A model generated the notes under the pieces. It did no database searches. It saw only the letters and a program-made list of their open reading frames with translations, and was not told where the DNA came from. Positions 38,371 through 52,897 of a stretch of 64,000 nt of DNA are shown here, piece by piece; within the stretch, counting starts at the first letter, position 1; each line of letters opens with the position of its first letter. This DNA is from Iphione sp. A-MEVVRFRX5 (Eukaryota). Where the stretch lies: NCBI GenBank assembly GCA_976226885.1, contig OZ320313.1:159960001-160024000 (forward strand), in the 5' to 3' direction. A program made the position numbers and the translations under genes.

Positions 38371-40232
38371 GTCTCAAAACGTTCGCGAAAGCAATCACGA
38401 ATTTGGTCGAATGACAACAAATAGGCACCCTACCGTTGACGTTGACACTGCCTGATGGCTCTAGCGGTCGGTTCGGTCGTGTCAGTTGAAATACAATAAT
38501 GCCTCGTGTACACCGAAATAAATAAATATAACGACAGTCGTTCCGTCGAAAGTAAGTCCTTTCCCAATATCACTTAATTATTTTATGTAAAAATAATAAA
38601 GAATTGATAATGGGAATAACATTTTCTGAAGAAATGTTTACTTTAAAATCAAATGTTTTTTCAGTACGTTTTGGTCTAGAACCTATCATCCGTGTTAATG
38701 TATCTACCTATCTGCATTCAGAGAGAAAAATAGACTAACATGTTTATAAGCAAATAATACTTTTAAATACTTATATAGAGTTTACAGAAAAGTTAAATGG
38801 TTTTATACAGATGTATAAGCACATTAATCCTGAATGTATTAATATGTCCACGGCTAACACATTTCTCCGTTATCAGTTACAGTTATAACGCTTGCCTGAG
38901 ATTAAAGGATGAAATATTGGTCAAGGGACACCGAAATTGTAGTCCGATTGTTAAAGGGTAAGGAAGGTGAGCACCTTGTGTAGCGTGAGCAAATTTTGAC
39001 ACAATCATACAGAAATGGCGCTGATAACCGTGCAACTGTGCCTATTAGTTTTCCCAATTTTTATTTGAAGACGGCAGGCGTGTTTCGGTTGAAACAAAAT
39101 CAACATCACTTTTAATTTTGGAAAGTACAGTGATGAGAATCTAGAGTTATCCTAATACGGTGATTTCTAATGGCAGATTTTTAAATAACCGCAAGGTTTA
39201 TATTGAATAGTCAGCTAATATTTCGATATTTTCTCTTAGTTATTATCATACCTACCCTTATACTATTCAATGTCTTTCGGCATTAATATTGGCCTTTCAT
39301 TCTACGGGCATCAGCTTTCAGTTTGGGACGGTTATATTCGCCCTTAAAGAACGTCCTGATACACTACCAGTCTCACCGACACTCCTGCTTGGGGCGACTA
39401 CTGAATGCAAGGTATGTGCAGATGGGGGATTCGGTTTGGAGGTGGAGTGAGATGTCCTGAAGAATATCGTATTTTTATGATGTTTTGGAACATTTGGCCC
39501 ATGGGAACGTTTAAGATTACATACCTCTTCATCGGGTTTAGAAAATAATGACAATTTGCTTTATTATAACATCTTTATACATTTCGTGCATGACCTAAAG
39601 GCTCTATTAATATCCATCACTTGGCGGATTTACGATAAAGCGTTGTCGTTCTTACCTATTCAATAACTTGTTCTCTATTTCATGGTACGTAGGTCATCAT
39701 GTTACTTAATGAATGAAGGGGCATTTATTTTCGCTCGGTACTGCGAACATTTTGAATTGGAATATTGCAGAGATGGAACTGATATATCTCTCAATAAGAA
39801 TTCATTGCAATTATTAGCCTCCTGGACTTACGTCACACAGTATGCGTAGAGATTTTCACCTATCTACCTGCCGCCAAAAATGATTCGTGTTTCCGAAGTC
39901 AAGGAATCAAGATTCTACATTGATCCATCACCCTCATCAGGAAAATATTGGGTACAATTGTCGATTCCATTACAGGTTCAATTGGGCAAAAATGAATGCG
40001 AGGAGGTCATCTATGGAGGTCAATATGTTAGGTCGATTAGGGGTCACCTGTAGGTCATCTGATATTGGACAACTGCAGAACAATGATATTAAAGGACATG
40101 TCTAACCCGTTCCTGCATCCATTGGTGATATTAGGGCGGTGAGTACCCTTGAATACAACTGCCAACAATCTGTTAATCGTAGAGATAGGTTATTGTCAAC
40201 TCCCGAATGGCTGCAGAATGACTAACAAAGCA

Positions 40233-40352
40233 CCTACTCATCAGCCCATTAGTTTGAGCACACCCTAATGACAGTACGATCGGGATTTGCCAAGCACGCC
40301 GTGCCTCCGTCTCCGACATGGTCGTCCCGAGTGGCCCAAATTCGCACCTTTT
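40233..40352 (-). mobile_element. YR C-terminal relic
   Basis: EFGPLGTTMSETEARRAWQIPIVLSLG. Confidence 0.4.
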
Positions 40353-43300
40353 GATAAATGGTCTTTGCATGACGCCTACACTGACTGAGTATCACTGAAA
40401 TATGAATGATGGAAGTCGGCCGCGATCTCAGTGAATACACCCGACCTGGCTCTTTGACTTCTCGCCCAATTCAGATTATTCATTTTGGGAGCGATTTGCC
40501 GCAAAATTACTCGCCCAGATAACCAGCTTGATAAACCAGCTGCATAAAAGATGCAGAAGTTTTAGGTCCAGCTCTGGTCGGAGATTTTCATATTTATCAT
40601 CAACGGCCAGGCAGCGAAATTGATTTTGTGCCCAGCTAAACAAAAGCTGTGATTGCTGTGATAGATTTCCCAACGTTGTCTATTATGAATAACGAATGAA
40701 CCATTTGTTCCATGTCAGCGTATGGAAATCAGTTCTACAATAAATATAATACAACAGCGCTAGGTTTTACAGGCACATCATTGACCTTAGGCTCCATATG
40801 TTTAATTGCTGTCAAGAGCTGGTATCTCGGATGAGCAGTAAGTGGCGGCACAATCCAAATGTGAACCTGGACCATTCAGATTAGGAGGGTATTAATTACC
40901 TGAGTTTAAATGGTTATTATTTAGTTGTGTGCAATCTCACTACAAAAAAGGAGTATTCTGTGTTCGATGATGAAATAAGTCGAGAATTGTCCTCGTTGGG
41001 TCCGGAAAAGTAAACATTTAAAACTTAAAATAAACAATGGCGAGGACTAACATAGATGGAACTAATGTCCTCTCACACGTAGTGTGCCAATATTATCCGA
41101 AACGTTGGGCGGTTTGTTTGCTCATTTTATCGAACTCTTTGAATTGAAAGTGCAGTGATAAGTGCCTCAAAAACTGAATATATTTGGGGACCCACGACAA
41201 TACATTGTTGATCATTATTGTAGTCAACCAATGGTTGCGAGCAGGTGAAGCTGTTTACAACACCGATGTCTGCGTAATTAGGCCTCTCATAATAAGTTGT
41301 AATTTAGGAAAGCAGTATTTTTGGAAATCCCATTGTCTCTTCTCCATATAAAACGATTGACAGTGAAATACCAAGGGGCCAACATGATTTCAACTGATAC
41401 TTTGTACTGCTACAGGATGACGGGACACCTGTTTCAGTTTAGTTTCCAATCGTTGCTATTATTGCCATGTAGGCAGCAAAGAAATATTTGTCCATTAATA
41501 TTTCAATCTCGCCATCAGGTTGGCTAAAAGCATCACTCAGTTCGCGAAATTCAACAACGGGTGACCTTGTTTCGCCAGTTTCATATTGGATTGGTAATTA
41601 TGTCTCTGTGTGAGTAACTCAGAGGGGAATTTTCTAATAAAAAGGGGGTCAAATCAGTTATCTGTCCCGGTATCATACTCAACAGAGCATTATGACTTTG
41701 GCATAATGCTTTTGTGATTTGGGTGCCGATGGAATCATTTGTCGACCAACCCTATAGCGTTGTGCATTGATTCGCTGAAAGTGGCTCAGTATGAAGCGGT
41801 GTAAAAAGAATATTAATCTGAGACAATCATTTGTTGTACGTGAAATGGTCTGCAACATGCCCATCGCCACAAAGCTTTGTTTCAGTATGGGCATTCGCTG
41901 GGTACAAATGTACTCTCAAATCATAACTCAACCCGACGCCAAAAATAATGGGAAAGGTAATGCAAATATATAGACAGTATATGTGTTGATCCATTGGAGG
42001 GCTGTGTTCCCACGTGTTTTAAAAGTACTCACTGAAGATAACCTTTAACAGCATTTAGACAACAAAAAGGCTCAGAAACATAGTGCAATGGCCTCAGCGG
42101 CCGAAGGACGTTGGCGGGGAATTGGCATGGAGTGCCGTTGGACGAAGCCAAACCTAGGGGAAAGTTATAGAGGGGAGACCCTAGAGGCGATATGAATGAG
42201 GCTCTGGTCGGGACAAACTATTGGCCATGTTGACAAAGGGGCTGGACAGCGGGTCAGTCTCTATACATCAGAGTTGCCCACCTGCCACTGTTGACAGTGT
42301 CCATATAGGTACACGCCCGAAGACAGTGGATCCGTTTTACGCCAGCGTGTCATCTTCTGTCCGAGGTCAACTTGCCAGCTGGACTTCTATTAACCTCCGT
42401 GTTAAACAATGTCTTCCAACTAACAAAAACCAATACGACCCTGAGGATCTCAGCTGGTACAGTTACCGACGTTGCACATTAATTTCTTCTTTGAGCATTA
42501 AAGCTGTTTGAAGCAAGTCACGTAAGCAGAATGACATTTCTATTTCACAACCAGGGAACCTCGGTTTAAAAAACAGAATTCATTTAGAATCACCTTTGTT
42601 CTACGTGTGGCGGCGTACCTTTGTATCGGCATTCTGGATCTTGCTGCCTGGTCTGTGCAGTTACTTGAATACCAGTTTTTCATGCCATGTATCATAATTA
42701 AGCGAACTAATCAAGAGGATTACTTTACCTTGGTAATGAGAGGCAACGCGTTTATGTTGTCTTTATTGTTCTTCATAATGAAAGTTGCTTAATTATTGTT
42801 TATAGTGAATAACATGCTGAGTATGGTATGAATGTCGTCCGGCGAATAGAACGTCGCCAGGAAAATGGTGCCCCCATTGCCCTGTATGTAGATGTAGATA
42901 CTATTGGACATAGTTCTCTTCCCTTTACTAATTAGGCAATTACGAGAAGGATCCATGATAATGATTTAACTTTAAGAATACCTGCAAAACCAGAGACTAG
43001 AAATATTAGTTCACCTGAATATCTTCTCGTTATTATCGTAATCCCATATATAAAAAATGAATGATTACTCTTTAATCATGTATATATGTAACTGTATGGA
43101 AAAACTAAAACAGATTCAGAGAACTGGAAACCTATTCGAAGGTTAAATGTAGTATCCGTTTTACTCGAATTGGAAAACCAGGGTTCAGCTATTACTTGTC
43201 CAGTATGAGATCAGAAGTGGGGTAAATTCATATATCTCATTTCCGTCCTCTCTACGTCTCTCTCTAGCCATTTTGATAATCTAGACCTGTCCATCTTGTA

Positions 43301-43517
43301 TTATCTATACTTCCCTCACATCGTAACAAAACTTTTGTTGTATTCTAGTTACTTTCTCACATGAATGTGTCGTGGCTATATCCAACAAAGCATCCTAGAA
43401 CCAGTCCTTTCTCCCGAGGTCTCCTGTGAGGTCGTCCTCTAGACCAGCTAAATCTGTTCATTGTTGCTTATCAACCATGTTGCCGAGATGACCCCTGCCC
43501 CGGCAGGTCTTCCGGCT

Positions 43518-43930
43518 GTATTCATACCGCACAGTCTCCGGAAAACGAAGTGACAGGTGGCGATCGCGCGATCGACGTATTTGTTGATCAACATACACAA
43601 GCTGCGCCATTCGGCATGCGCCTCGCGGTTGATACATTGAAGGCCTGACCTTGGCGTATCGGTCTTTCAAAGCTAATGCATGCCTTGTTGAGTAGAGTGT
43701 TGAGCAAAGGATTTTTTATAATTTGCTAGAATAGCCTAATGTGGCGAGAAAAGTGTGAAGTTAACAATGGTGATATCTGGTGGCACCGTGTATAAAGTTT
43801 TATTTATTCCCCCGTCGGTGATGTCAGACAACAGGTAGCAGAATAAACTGCTTGGTTCGGAGGGATTCGCCGGCCATCCGTGCCTGGTGCCGTGCTGTGT
43901 TATCCGTATCATTATCAACTGTAAATGCAA
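43518..43930 (-). mobile_element. YR catalytic-domain relic
   Basis: LQLIMIRITQHGTRHG..SSLFCYLL (~SKTDQ.G.G..CPV..L..YL), then VRPSMYQPRGACRMAQLVYVDQQIRRSRDR (~RIGAA..AQ.G.SD.QIR..GRW). Confidence 0.62.
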
Positions 43931-45719
43931 AAGTGACGCTGCCTACTGTATAACGAGAAATGTCACTCGCTTGTCTCTCCTCAGATGTAATGTGTGATTT
44001 TCTCCAAGAGAGACTGGGAGAAAGGAAATAACACTTTGAGAGAACAAAGTACAGGGCACGCTTTGGAAATGCTGACCGAAGGAAGAATTCAATGTTATAT
44101 TACATGTCAGTCATCACAATGAGGGTTCTATCCCACAGGACACAACAGGCACAAGCGGCCTATACTGAGGTTTCAAAGGCCAAAGTACCGCTTTTCCCCA
44201 TCTACTTTCGTGCACATAATACCATAGAATCTATGGTTGAAGTGTCCGGGATGGGAGGCCTTTAAAGAAAGATCTTTTTCGATAGACCTTTGTGTGCCAT
44301 GGGAGTGTTTCATTCACTGAATAAACTTTTCTCTTCCCCTAAAATGGCTTATTACAAGGGACCTGGTAGAGAATTGGACAAAATAAAATAGTATTTCACA
44401 ATTGCGTGAATGATTACGTTCATTCCTTGTCCTCAATCAAAATCACATCGTGTTTTCTTGCACGATATGGGATTCCTGGGACTTCATGTTTCTGCTTTTT
44501 AGGTTGACTGTCGTTGAAATGGAGAAAGACGTTTTTAGTACCATTACCCGTCTCTCCTCTTGCAGAGTTGGACAGAAGCGCCACAATAGTCCCAGTGGGG
44601 ACAGTGTATCATTCTTTATAAACGCATGAGAAGAACGGGGATTTCTTATGGAATGACGCTTTTAAGGACATCTGAAGGGTCTCTTTAGTGAGAGTAATAT
44701 GCCTCATTGCAACATGTCACCGTATATTACGATCGTTTTCTCGGTCCCTGAGGATGGCAAACCTTTCTCTGGTGCGACCTCTTGGTCCTCTTGTCTTTGA
44801 TATAAGATTCCCCTGTAAGTTATCTCTCGGGAGACAACTCGTCAATAGTGGGCGTCTGTGTGTGATACAGCCCCGACACTGAGGAAGCAGAGGGTGGTTC
44901 GGCTCTCGTAAGAGCAATATGATAGCTTGTCCAGCTGGCATTGTCAAGGCCATCCTCTTTCCCAATCTACCTGTCCCTCTGTCCCACACCAACAATCCCT
45001 CATACAACGAACGTCACAGAGGCAAAGACACTGTTGCAATACAGGTGAGCACTGGTAAAACATAAAAGAGACAAAGCAAAATCTTACCGTCACTACTGTC
45101 TTTCTCCATGCGTATTTAACGGAAGTTCGTACGGAAGAGAAAAGAGGTGTGGCTACGGGCATTGTGTGTCAACTTAACTTGTATGTTCTTGACAATAACA
45201 TCTGTGGTTCAATATAAAATGTCTCCATTTCTGATTAACTCTTCATACCTTTTTCCCAATGAAAGACACGCCGTTTATTCATCTTTTGTAATATGATACA
45301 AAATGCCATTTGAAATCGGACCCGTACCGTATGATGATCGCTAGGGTTTTTTGTTTTCATTGTGACATGATTTGAAGATGAAGAAATTTGGCGTATCAGT
45401 TATTCGAGCGCGTTTGTTGCGAATGACGTAGAATAAATGTGCAACACGAGTCTATAAGTATTAACAGTTTTGATCCTGTTAACCACATTCTTCCCAGGAC
45501 GGATGTGCTGGTGGCGATTTGTCCTGTACGTGTAGCGCGCGGGGCAGACCGTTAGTTGTTTGTAAGTGACCGTTTTAGATCAAGGTGTTGTATGATGTAC
45601 TCGCTGCAGGTGTCGAGCTACACACACCCCAACTATAAGCGTCGACCGTCTCGTGACAGCCCGTTATAAAAATCTATCGCTGTCATTCCATCATCCAACG
45701 TCGTCTAAATGGCTCCTTT

Positions 45720-45863
45720 GTTGCGTACATATAACCGCGGGTGTGTCCTCCACCGTCCGAGCGGTGCAGGACTCATCGGGTCGGGGGCCCGCCTCCCCGG
45801 AGCCCCTCTGTAAAACGCCAACATGTAACGGCTGGTCCTGGCCCCGAGCCAAAGCGTCCAGTT
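45720..45863 (-). mobile_element. YR C-terminal relic
   Basis: One frame, codon-checked: WTLWLGARTSRYMLAFYRGAP..PLGRWRTHPRLYVRN. LGRWR...RLYVR is a close match to the catalytic Trp/Tyr region. Confidence 0.68.
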
Positions 45864-46546
45864 CTAAAGGACATCAGAGGGGGAGACATGAGAAACTAAT
45901 GCCTCACCCTGAGCAATGTCTGGTATTAATGTAGCTTTGTCTACACCTCGGGCTGGTTCGCGGGGGGGTGAAGGAGTTGGGTAGGACACACTTGGTCTGA
46001 CGATCTGTTTGTGGAGTGATGCGTTTATGGCCTATATCTGACGGCTAATTGCTATAGAGTCACACTGTGCAGTGAGACAAGGAGTTATATTGAGGAAGTT
46101 ACCTACACCATTATCATCACTCACATCTTGGTGCACGGTGGCGGTGGTGGTGAGATATACCAGCCCATGAGATAATATTCATTCCATTGTAAAATAAAAA
46201 GGGGGATTTCCCTCTTCAAACTGATAGAATTCTCACAGTGACATTGAAATCGTTTGGATATTGGAAAATCCGAAGGGATCGTCATTATTCGACTTGACTG
46301 CTGATAATATATTCATCAACAAATAATCCCTCTCCGTGTCATATTGAATGAAGTGTTGGTATAGACCATGCCTCTTCCCGCGAGGCAACATGGTATGTGA
46401 TGCACTCAGAAAATTACATTGGGGATTTGATACAAACAGTCTTTAAGCAAATACTCCAACCAACATGCTCTGCTAAAATAAAACCCCCCTCATACCCCAC
46501 ACGTTTGCGGTTGACCTCACAGCGCTACAGAGCTATAAACATCCAA

Positions 46547-46615
46547 AGCGTCCCCTATAATAACCCGGAGTATAATGTAATGGCCCGCAGGGTCTATTCC
46601 TGCCGACATCGAAAG
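46547..46615 (-). mobile_element. YR relic
   Basis: LSMSAGIDPAGHYIILRVIIGDA versus consensus L..AGIDP..Y.GHSFRIGAA. Confidence 0.48.
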
Positions 46616-47073
46616 ATCATCACGCATGCCACCAGGATTACTTCTTTGAAATGATAACCTAGAAATATGAAGGACACTTACTTTACAGGTATAGAGAGGC
46701 TTGTGCATTTTCAGGTAATGTCTGCTTCATTAGGTAAACACGGTATCCAGGACACCTGATACATACCTGTAAAGACAAGAAAAAGTATTGTTAAATATTG
46801 TTTGACAACATAACATATTGACATACAGTATATACATACAAGTTATATTGAGTTATACTAAAAATAAGTCGTGCGGACTATCAGGTTGACTCTCAACCTT
46901 GGATCGGTTCAAACCAGACGAATCAATTGCTATAGAACGCCCCAGTGTATTTCTGAGGGGGGGGGAAGAAAGTGTCATGGTGAATTCAGATTACAAAGCT
47001 ACTGTGAAGGCTAGCATCTCGATAACACCATGCTTGTTCGGACGGATAGTATAACAAGAGTCAGTCTAAGGCA

Positions 47074-47166
47074 GTCTCTGACGATGGGCCTGCGGGACGT
47101 CCAAAACATGTCCTCTAATTCAAAACTCCTCTGGGAGCGGCGGCGGATGTGCCCGGCATGATTATG
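47074..47166 (-). mobile_element. YR C-terminal relic
   Basis: H../PGTSAAAPRGVLN*RTCFGR versus consensus GAATSAAAAGV..I.TLGRW. Confidence 0.4.
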
Positions 47167-48965
47167 GCGGTGGCACGCGGCCAGAAAATGAAGGCAATTG
47201 CGGAGAGGTTTCACCCCAAGTCCACATACGGCATGGCGGAGGCCTGACTGAAATGTGGTCTGGTGGAGGTCGAGCAGCAGCCAGCCGACGGAGAAGCGGA
47301 GGAGCAATCGGCTATTGATGGCCGCTGCGGATGGCTGTTAGCTCTTGACAAAAGTCGGGCGGGAGGATTTTCCCTCTCTTATTCTAAGTGGACGTCGACA
47401 AGGGCTACACGAAAAGCACAGTTTATTTCCATCAAAAGGAAGGACTGGTAAATCTAGCAGCTTGTGCTGTTGGTATTTTCTGTCTTGATTCATATAAAGG
47501 TCAAGTAATGTTGCTGCTATTTTGAGGACGCTCTAAATGGGGTGGTTTAAATTAGGTAAAATTCTCGTCCACATAATGACTGGTGTTTATTAAACATCTC
47601 GGCTGTCGCTTCAGCCTTTATAACCAGTAATCATGTGGACTCAGACGTTATCTACCACATAATCCCGTATTTGTCGCGCTTCTTTTGACCAAGCCAGGTT
47701 TTACATACCAGAACACATGCTACGCAGTTTACCTTCAGGCAAACCTTCGATTCCCATCACTATCTACATGTGAAAGGTCTATTCAATGTTAGAATGGTGA
47801 GTCTGGAAAGGAATGAGAGAAAAGGGGCAGGATAGCAAGCTAGAGTTAATGCCTGCCTTGAAGATGAATCCACTCTATACCATCAGATAGATCAGATAAT
47901 CTAATCTATGTGTGAAGTCTCGCTTTGTTACCACTCGGCTGACGGTGCCCTTAAAGCATTCGACGAAGCTCTACGCTAGATAAAGAGACAAGGCATCCGA
48001 CCAAAAATTACCACTGGAGCGTTGCTTTTGGCCCTAGCGAGAGTGATGAACCAAGGATCTGTATCAATCGGCAAAGCCCTCGGCTTACTGACTGATTAGA
48101 GGCGTGAGTATACAAGTGCTCCTCTCCTCAGCCCACCCTTCGTATGACATGGCCTGCCGCCACCTCTCACGTCTCTTCCCGTCGCCTCCCCTCCCGGATG
48201 ATATACGGTCGCTTGTAATGTGAAGCAAACGCGGGCTGTTTGTCTGCTTGCTTATTACTACAATGAAATCTAGGGCAACAGGCTCCTTTTTTTCCCCCGG
48301 TGAGTTATTAGGTCATTTGTATTTCGCCAAATATGAAGTCTAGACGACATGGCGAAGTTAGCTTTTAACGTAGCCACAGTGTTACACACCACATACGAAA
48401 ATCTTTGTTTTAATTGAATTAAAGTGATGTTAATATTTGATACCGTTCTTTCATCATTATATCGTTCGCTTTTTTAACTGGAGGAAAAAACCTTTCCCTT
48501 ATTCTGAGATGTACATAACTGAGAATCTCCATTTTCCCAATCAGCGTGTGAAGTCTTATTTCAAATTATTTCGAGAGAAGATTTGTTGTTAAAAAAGGAA
48601 AGGCGGGGTTTCTTCATGGTTGGGTCCTATAGTAAACACCATGACATAGCCCCCGCCGTATCCGGATATTCAACCATTAGATCACGGGTGGTGCTTAATG
48701 ACCGTTACACCAAACATTATGAAGTGATTACCCAGACCCCGTATCATCTATCATAACACCGATACCGCTCGGCGTCGGCACCTCCTTCTTACCCCCTCAT
48801 AGCAATATATTAGCAGACTTAATTATGTCTCATTCTTCTGATCGCTCTTCCGGGAAGCCTCCCTTATGCCACAATAACACCTACACCTGCTACCGCACGG
48901 GCGCGAATGAACCGATTACAATTTATGGCGCCATCATTGGATGACATCGCTGAAAGATGGGTCCC

Positions 48966-49070
48966 GACGGAGGATTTATGTGGTGTACCTTTTATGCAGG
49001 CCGGAATTGCCTTAGAGCAATTTGACGAAGTCGGGCAACGGAAGAGAGAGAACCTGTTGACAGGTCGGCC
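48966..49070 (-). mobile_element. YR C-terminal relic
   Basis: GRPVNRFSLFRCPTSSNCSKAIPACIK..KSSV. Confidence 0.38.
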
Positions 49071-50567
49071 GTGTGCGTAAGTATGTCTTTTCAAGGAAAC
49101 TGTAACAAATATAAATCTCATTTAAATACCGATCCGTTATAGTAATTACTCTATTTGTATCTTATGTTTTGTTATATATTGATGAGCTGCAGAGCCAGGT
49201 GGTTTGGGATAGACTGATCAAGGCTTATGTACATAATGTATACGACGATATGACAGATAGTTTTGATCCATACCGCCGACTTGGAGGATGCCCACGCCGT
49301 CTGTGACAGCACCTAAATATAAAGTAATTGACTTTGCTGAAAAGACCTTCGTCGATCTCTCTGGGGCACCAGTCGTGGGCCGCACGAGGTCAGGCGGGGT
49401 CACCTACGCCCGGAGACCACCCAACCATTAGCGAGACATTGCCGTATTTCCTACGCCAGCCGATGGTCATTAGACCTGGCGGCAATATTGTGGCTTGGAA
49501 TGAGACCTCGCGGTGACGTCCATCCGCTGTGTTGGTCCATGTCAACAGATTACATTCTATGCCATCCCACGTGTCTGTCCAGAGCGCGCGGGGTTGGGGG
49601 GGGGGGGGGTCGTGAGGCTTTGCGCAGCGTATTTGACTCAGGGTCACGTTATTTAACCGGACCCCCCCGTCAACTGTTGGTACACAAGTTGGGCCTCTTT
49701 ACTCAACCCCGCCCGACAGTGGTTTCGTCCTGTAATCAGTATTGTGGGTTTTTTTCACTCTGGTCACTTTAGTCGTTCTCATTGTACCATTCAAGGATGT
49801 ACGATGTGGAACACCGCCTTCAAATGGGAAAACAACCACTGGTTGATCTATAGCATGATACCAACTGTAGTTTAGTAAACATCTCCGCCCTTTTCCGGTG
49901 GATCCCATGTTATATAACATGTAAACGTATGGGTCATCAACCGACGTGGTCAATGTAGGTTGAACTCACATTCGCCCCGCAATGCTACACTTATACAAAA
50001 CAAAGTATGTCCTGGAAGATGTTGTGCCCATGTGACTGTAGGTTAGCAGGCGGTGTCGTATCCGTATTGATCACAACGCTACATCTACGTTAAACAAATA
50101 AATGGATTCTATATCTAAACAGTTTTAAGTTTGTTGTATAAATACGGACCCGGTAGGGCATCCTGCCATAGGAGCAATACGTGGATCCTTGGAAAAGCAG
50201 GCATATCCATTTTTAGCCTTTTCATTAAGGCAAATACCTCCCCAAACTCGAAATAAATACAAGCGACCTTGAAAAGTCATACCTTCGGGCGCGGCTTTGT
50301 TTCCGGTCTGTGCAATAAACTCGTACGCAGAACACGGTTATTACTTATTTATACCAGGTGTCATAGAAACCACTAACAATTGCCAAATTAACCACTTCTA
50401 ATGAGCGGGCTTTCTTAAATGGAGTTCAGATTTTTGCAGCCCTGGGCAAAATTCATTTCCAGTACCTATCGCTTCTCTGCGTTGTACCACCCATCGGCCA
50501 TGCAATTTAAAGATTAAGTGAACCGACGTTCACCAGGATGGCTAGTCACGTTGGCACCGTCGGCCCA

Positions 50568-50665
50568 CCAAATGGCTTCTCTTTTCCAGTCCGTCAGACT
50601 TCATGATCTAGACGGCTATGAATACCATGACGTACAATGATTTCCACGAGGAACTTGTGTGTATG
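50568..50665 (-). mobile_element. YR C-terminal relic (frameshifted)
   Basis: HTHKF..VRHGI / IMK / SLTDWKREAIW versus consensus THSF..GI..LIK.LGDWKSDAV. Confidence 0.48.
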
Positions 50666-51945
50666 TTTGATCCAATAGAGAAATGATAGCTCATCGGGGG
50701 GAAGGGTGACATTAAACATTACCGGAATCACCTATCAAAGTGTTCAGCCCATCACAAAATTGCATGGTTGTGTTACGAAATCAGTCAATCACAGCTTTTC
50801 TCCAGCGTTTTCAGTATATGTATGACATTTGTATTTTCATTTCCATACGTATGATAGTCACAACAATGGGTTCAATATTCCAGTCGTAATTTATGTCTGC
50901 TTAATTTCCATCTGTTCGGCTATTCCATAAAGACACAGAGCAAGAGTGTCAAGATTAGATTCAATGTGTGCACGGATAATATGCGATGTACATCCTAAGC
51001 CTTGTTGCACCGATAACTGCAATTAAAGAGAGAAAGATCGTCAAGAGCCTCAGAGGCGGCGCGATTGGAGCTTGCTCCCTGTGAGCGTTGCACCCATGTC
51101 AGGGTGTGTGATTTCTGACCAGCGCCAAAAGTAATTACCTTTTGAAACACAAGCCACGCTCCATTGATTGTATACCCGAAAAAAGTTAATGAGTTCCTTT
51201 ATAGCCGACCCTGTTGGGCCGCTCCCGGGGGACGGTACTGGGACCCTTGCCTATTGGTGGCTTGGAGGAATAATTAACAAATGTGCGTGGAAACTATTAC
51301 CAAAGATCATTAAAACTGTGTTGGGCGTATAGGGTGCTGGCTCCTTTTAATTACCAGAAAAAAATGAAATTAAAGTACATATAGCCAGAAAGGATGAGGA
51401 AAAACCTCAGTGCGGTAGCTACAGGATAAGGCAAATGATCTCAAAGGTCAGTAGGAAATTGTTGTTTTTTATCTTTCGCCTCTAAGCCTTTGGTCGATAC
51501 GTTTATTGCAGTATGAAGAGCCAGGTCTTTTACAGGTCTTTGTTGTGAGAAATGATAATAGCTGACGGATCGGGAGAAACGCTTTAGAAGATCGCCTTGT
51601 CCAAAATGTGTTGAGCGAGTACTGTTTGTCAGCGTGGGAGGATGTGGTATCAAGGATAGGATGGGGAACTCATCCAGAGTGGAACACTGCTAGGTCCGAT
51701 ACGCGACGGTAAGATTCATTACGCATCCGATCGCCTTTTGTGCCGGTCGATCCATCATTGGCCTATAATTACATGAAGTCCCGGCCGCGCTCTTCATCTT
51801 GCTGTCAGCATTTATTCATGTGCGTGCTCGTTATTGAAGCCATTCATCTGGCCGACTGTGGGGTCAGGTGACGCAGACCACGTTGAGATGTCTTCAGATT
51901 CACCACGTCCACTGTGAGCCCCTTCGGCCACCAACAATGCTGGCC

Positions 51946-52029
51946 AACCGCTCGCCTATACAGCCCACTTTTCCAAATGCCCATCCTGCAAACAACAGCT
52001 CCAGCACCCCCTGCAATAGCCATTGCTCC
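51946..52029 (-). mobile_element. YR C-terminal relic
   Basis: GAMAIAGGAGAVVCRMGIWKSGLYRRAV versus consensus GAAT.AA.AG..I.RMGRWKSDAYRRY. Confidence 0.6.
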
Positions 52030-52800
52030 TGCCCACGAGCACTACTTAATCAGCTGTAGCTAGGCTTGTACTACACACCTTCGATAAATCAGTTTGGACT
52101 GTGTGCAAGCTTTAATGGAATATATTTCTGCCGCGGTAGTTTTCATTGAAGATCAAGTTCCAAGTAACTGTTGTACCATACATGGATCAGCCCAGCTGTT
52201 GGCACACAATAACTAAAGAGAGTTCTTCCCAGTCAGGTTGAGGTTCCCATATTAAGTAACAACAATACTGAAGGCTGGACAGTTACTGAACATTTATTTC
52301 TTATTGCATTGTCTTATACCAATAGTAGCTTAGCACAAGCCATGTAGGCCTCCACTTCAAAGCATTGCCCTTAGCACCTTTTGGATCTTCATCTGATCGA
52401 GATCCTGGATAATTTCCTTCAGCCTGTCATTATAATGTAAACAATTTATTTCCTTTTGTGTCTGTTGCCAGGTTTTCCTGGAATTTCAATTATTGCTATG
52501 GGATATTATCACATCCTTATCCATCAATGTTTCTACCATCCTGATATTATATGATATCCTCCAGACCTCCATGTTATGTGAGAGACTTTGGCACACTTCA
52601 GTGGTTCACATCATCTAGGTGATATTTCAGCATACATATATATCATCCTACTTCTTCTGTCTTGCCTTAGTGGTTTGTATGACCCAGATATCCTGTGGTG
52701 TGTGTGTGAAGCCCTAGTCACATTAAACTATTTAGTACAATTATGTCGGTACCTTAGCTTATACCCTGAGCCTGCTAGTTATTCTATCTTCTTCGCCCTA

Positions 52801-52897
52801 TAGGGGTGGATAATGCCTTCAGACATTCTCAAGCTAGGATGGATAATGCCTTCAGGCATTCCCAGGGTAGGATGGGAAATTCCTGAAAGCATTATCT
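52801..52897. repeat. Short ~33-bp tandem repeat with an inverted partial copy
   Basis: TAGG(G/A)TGGATAATGCCTTCAG(A/G)CATTC occurs twice, followed by inverted CCTGAAAGCATTATCT. Confidence 0.8.

Noticed and set aside
48900-49085. Possible host exon ending in GTAAGT
   Set aside because: No recognisable protein and no partner exons; it overlaps a minus-strand YR-like relic.
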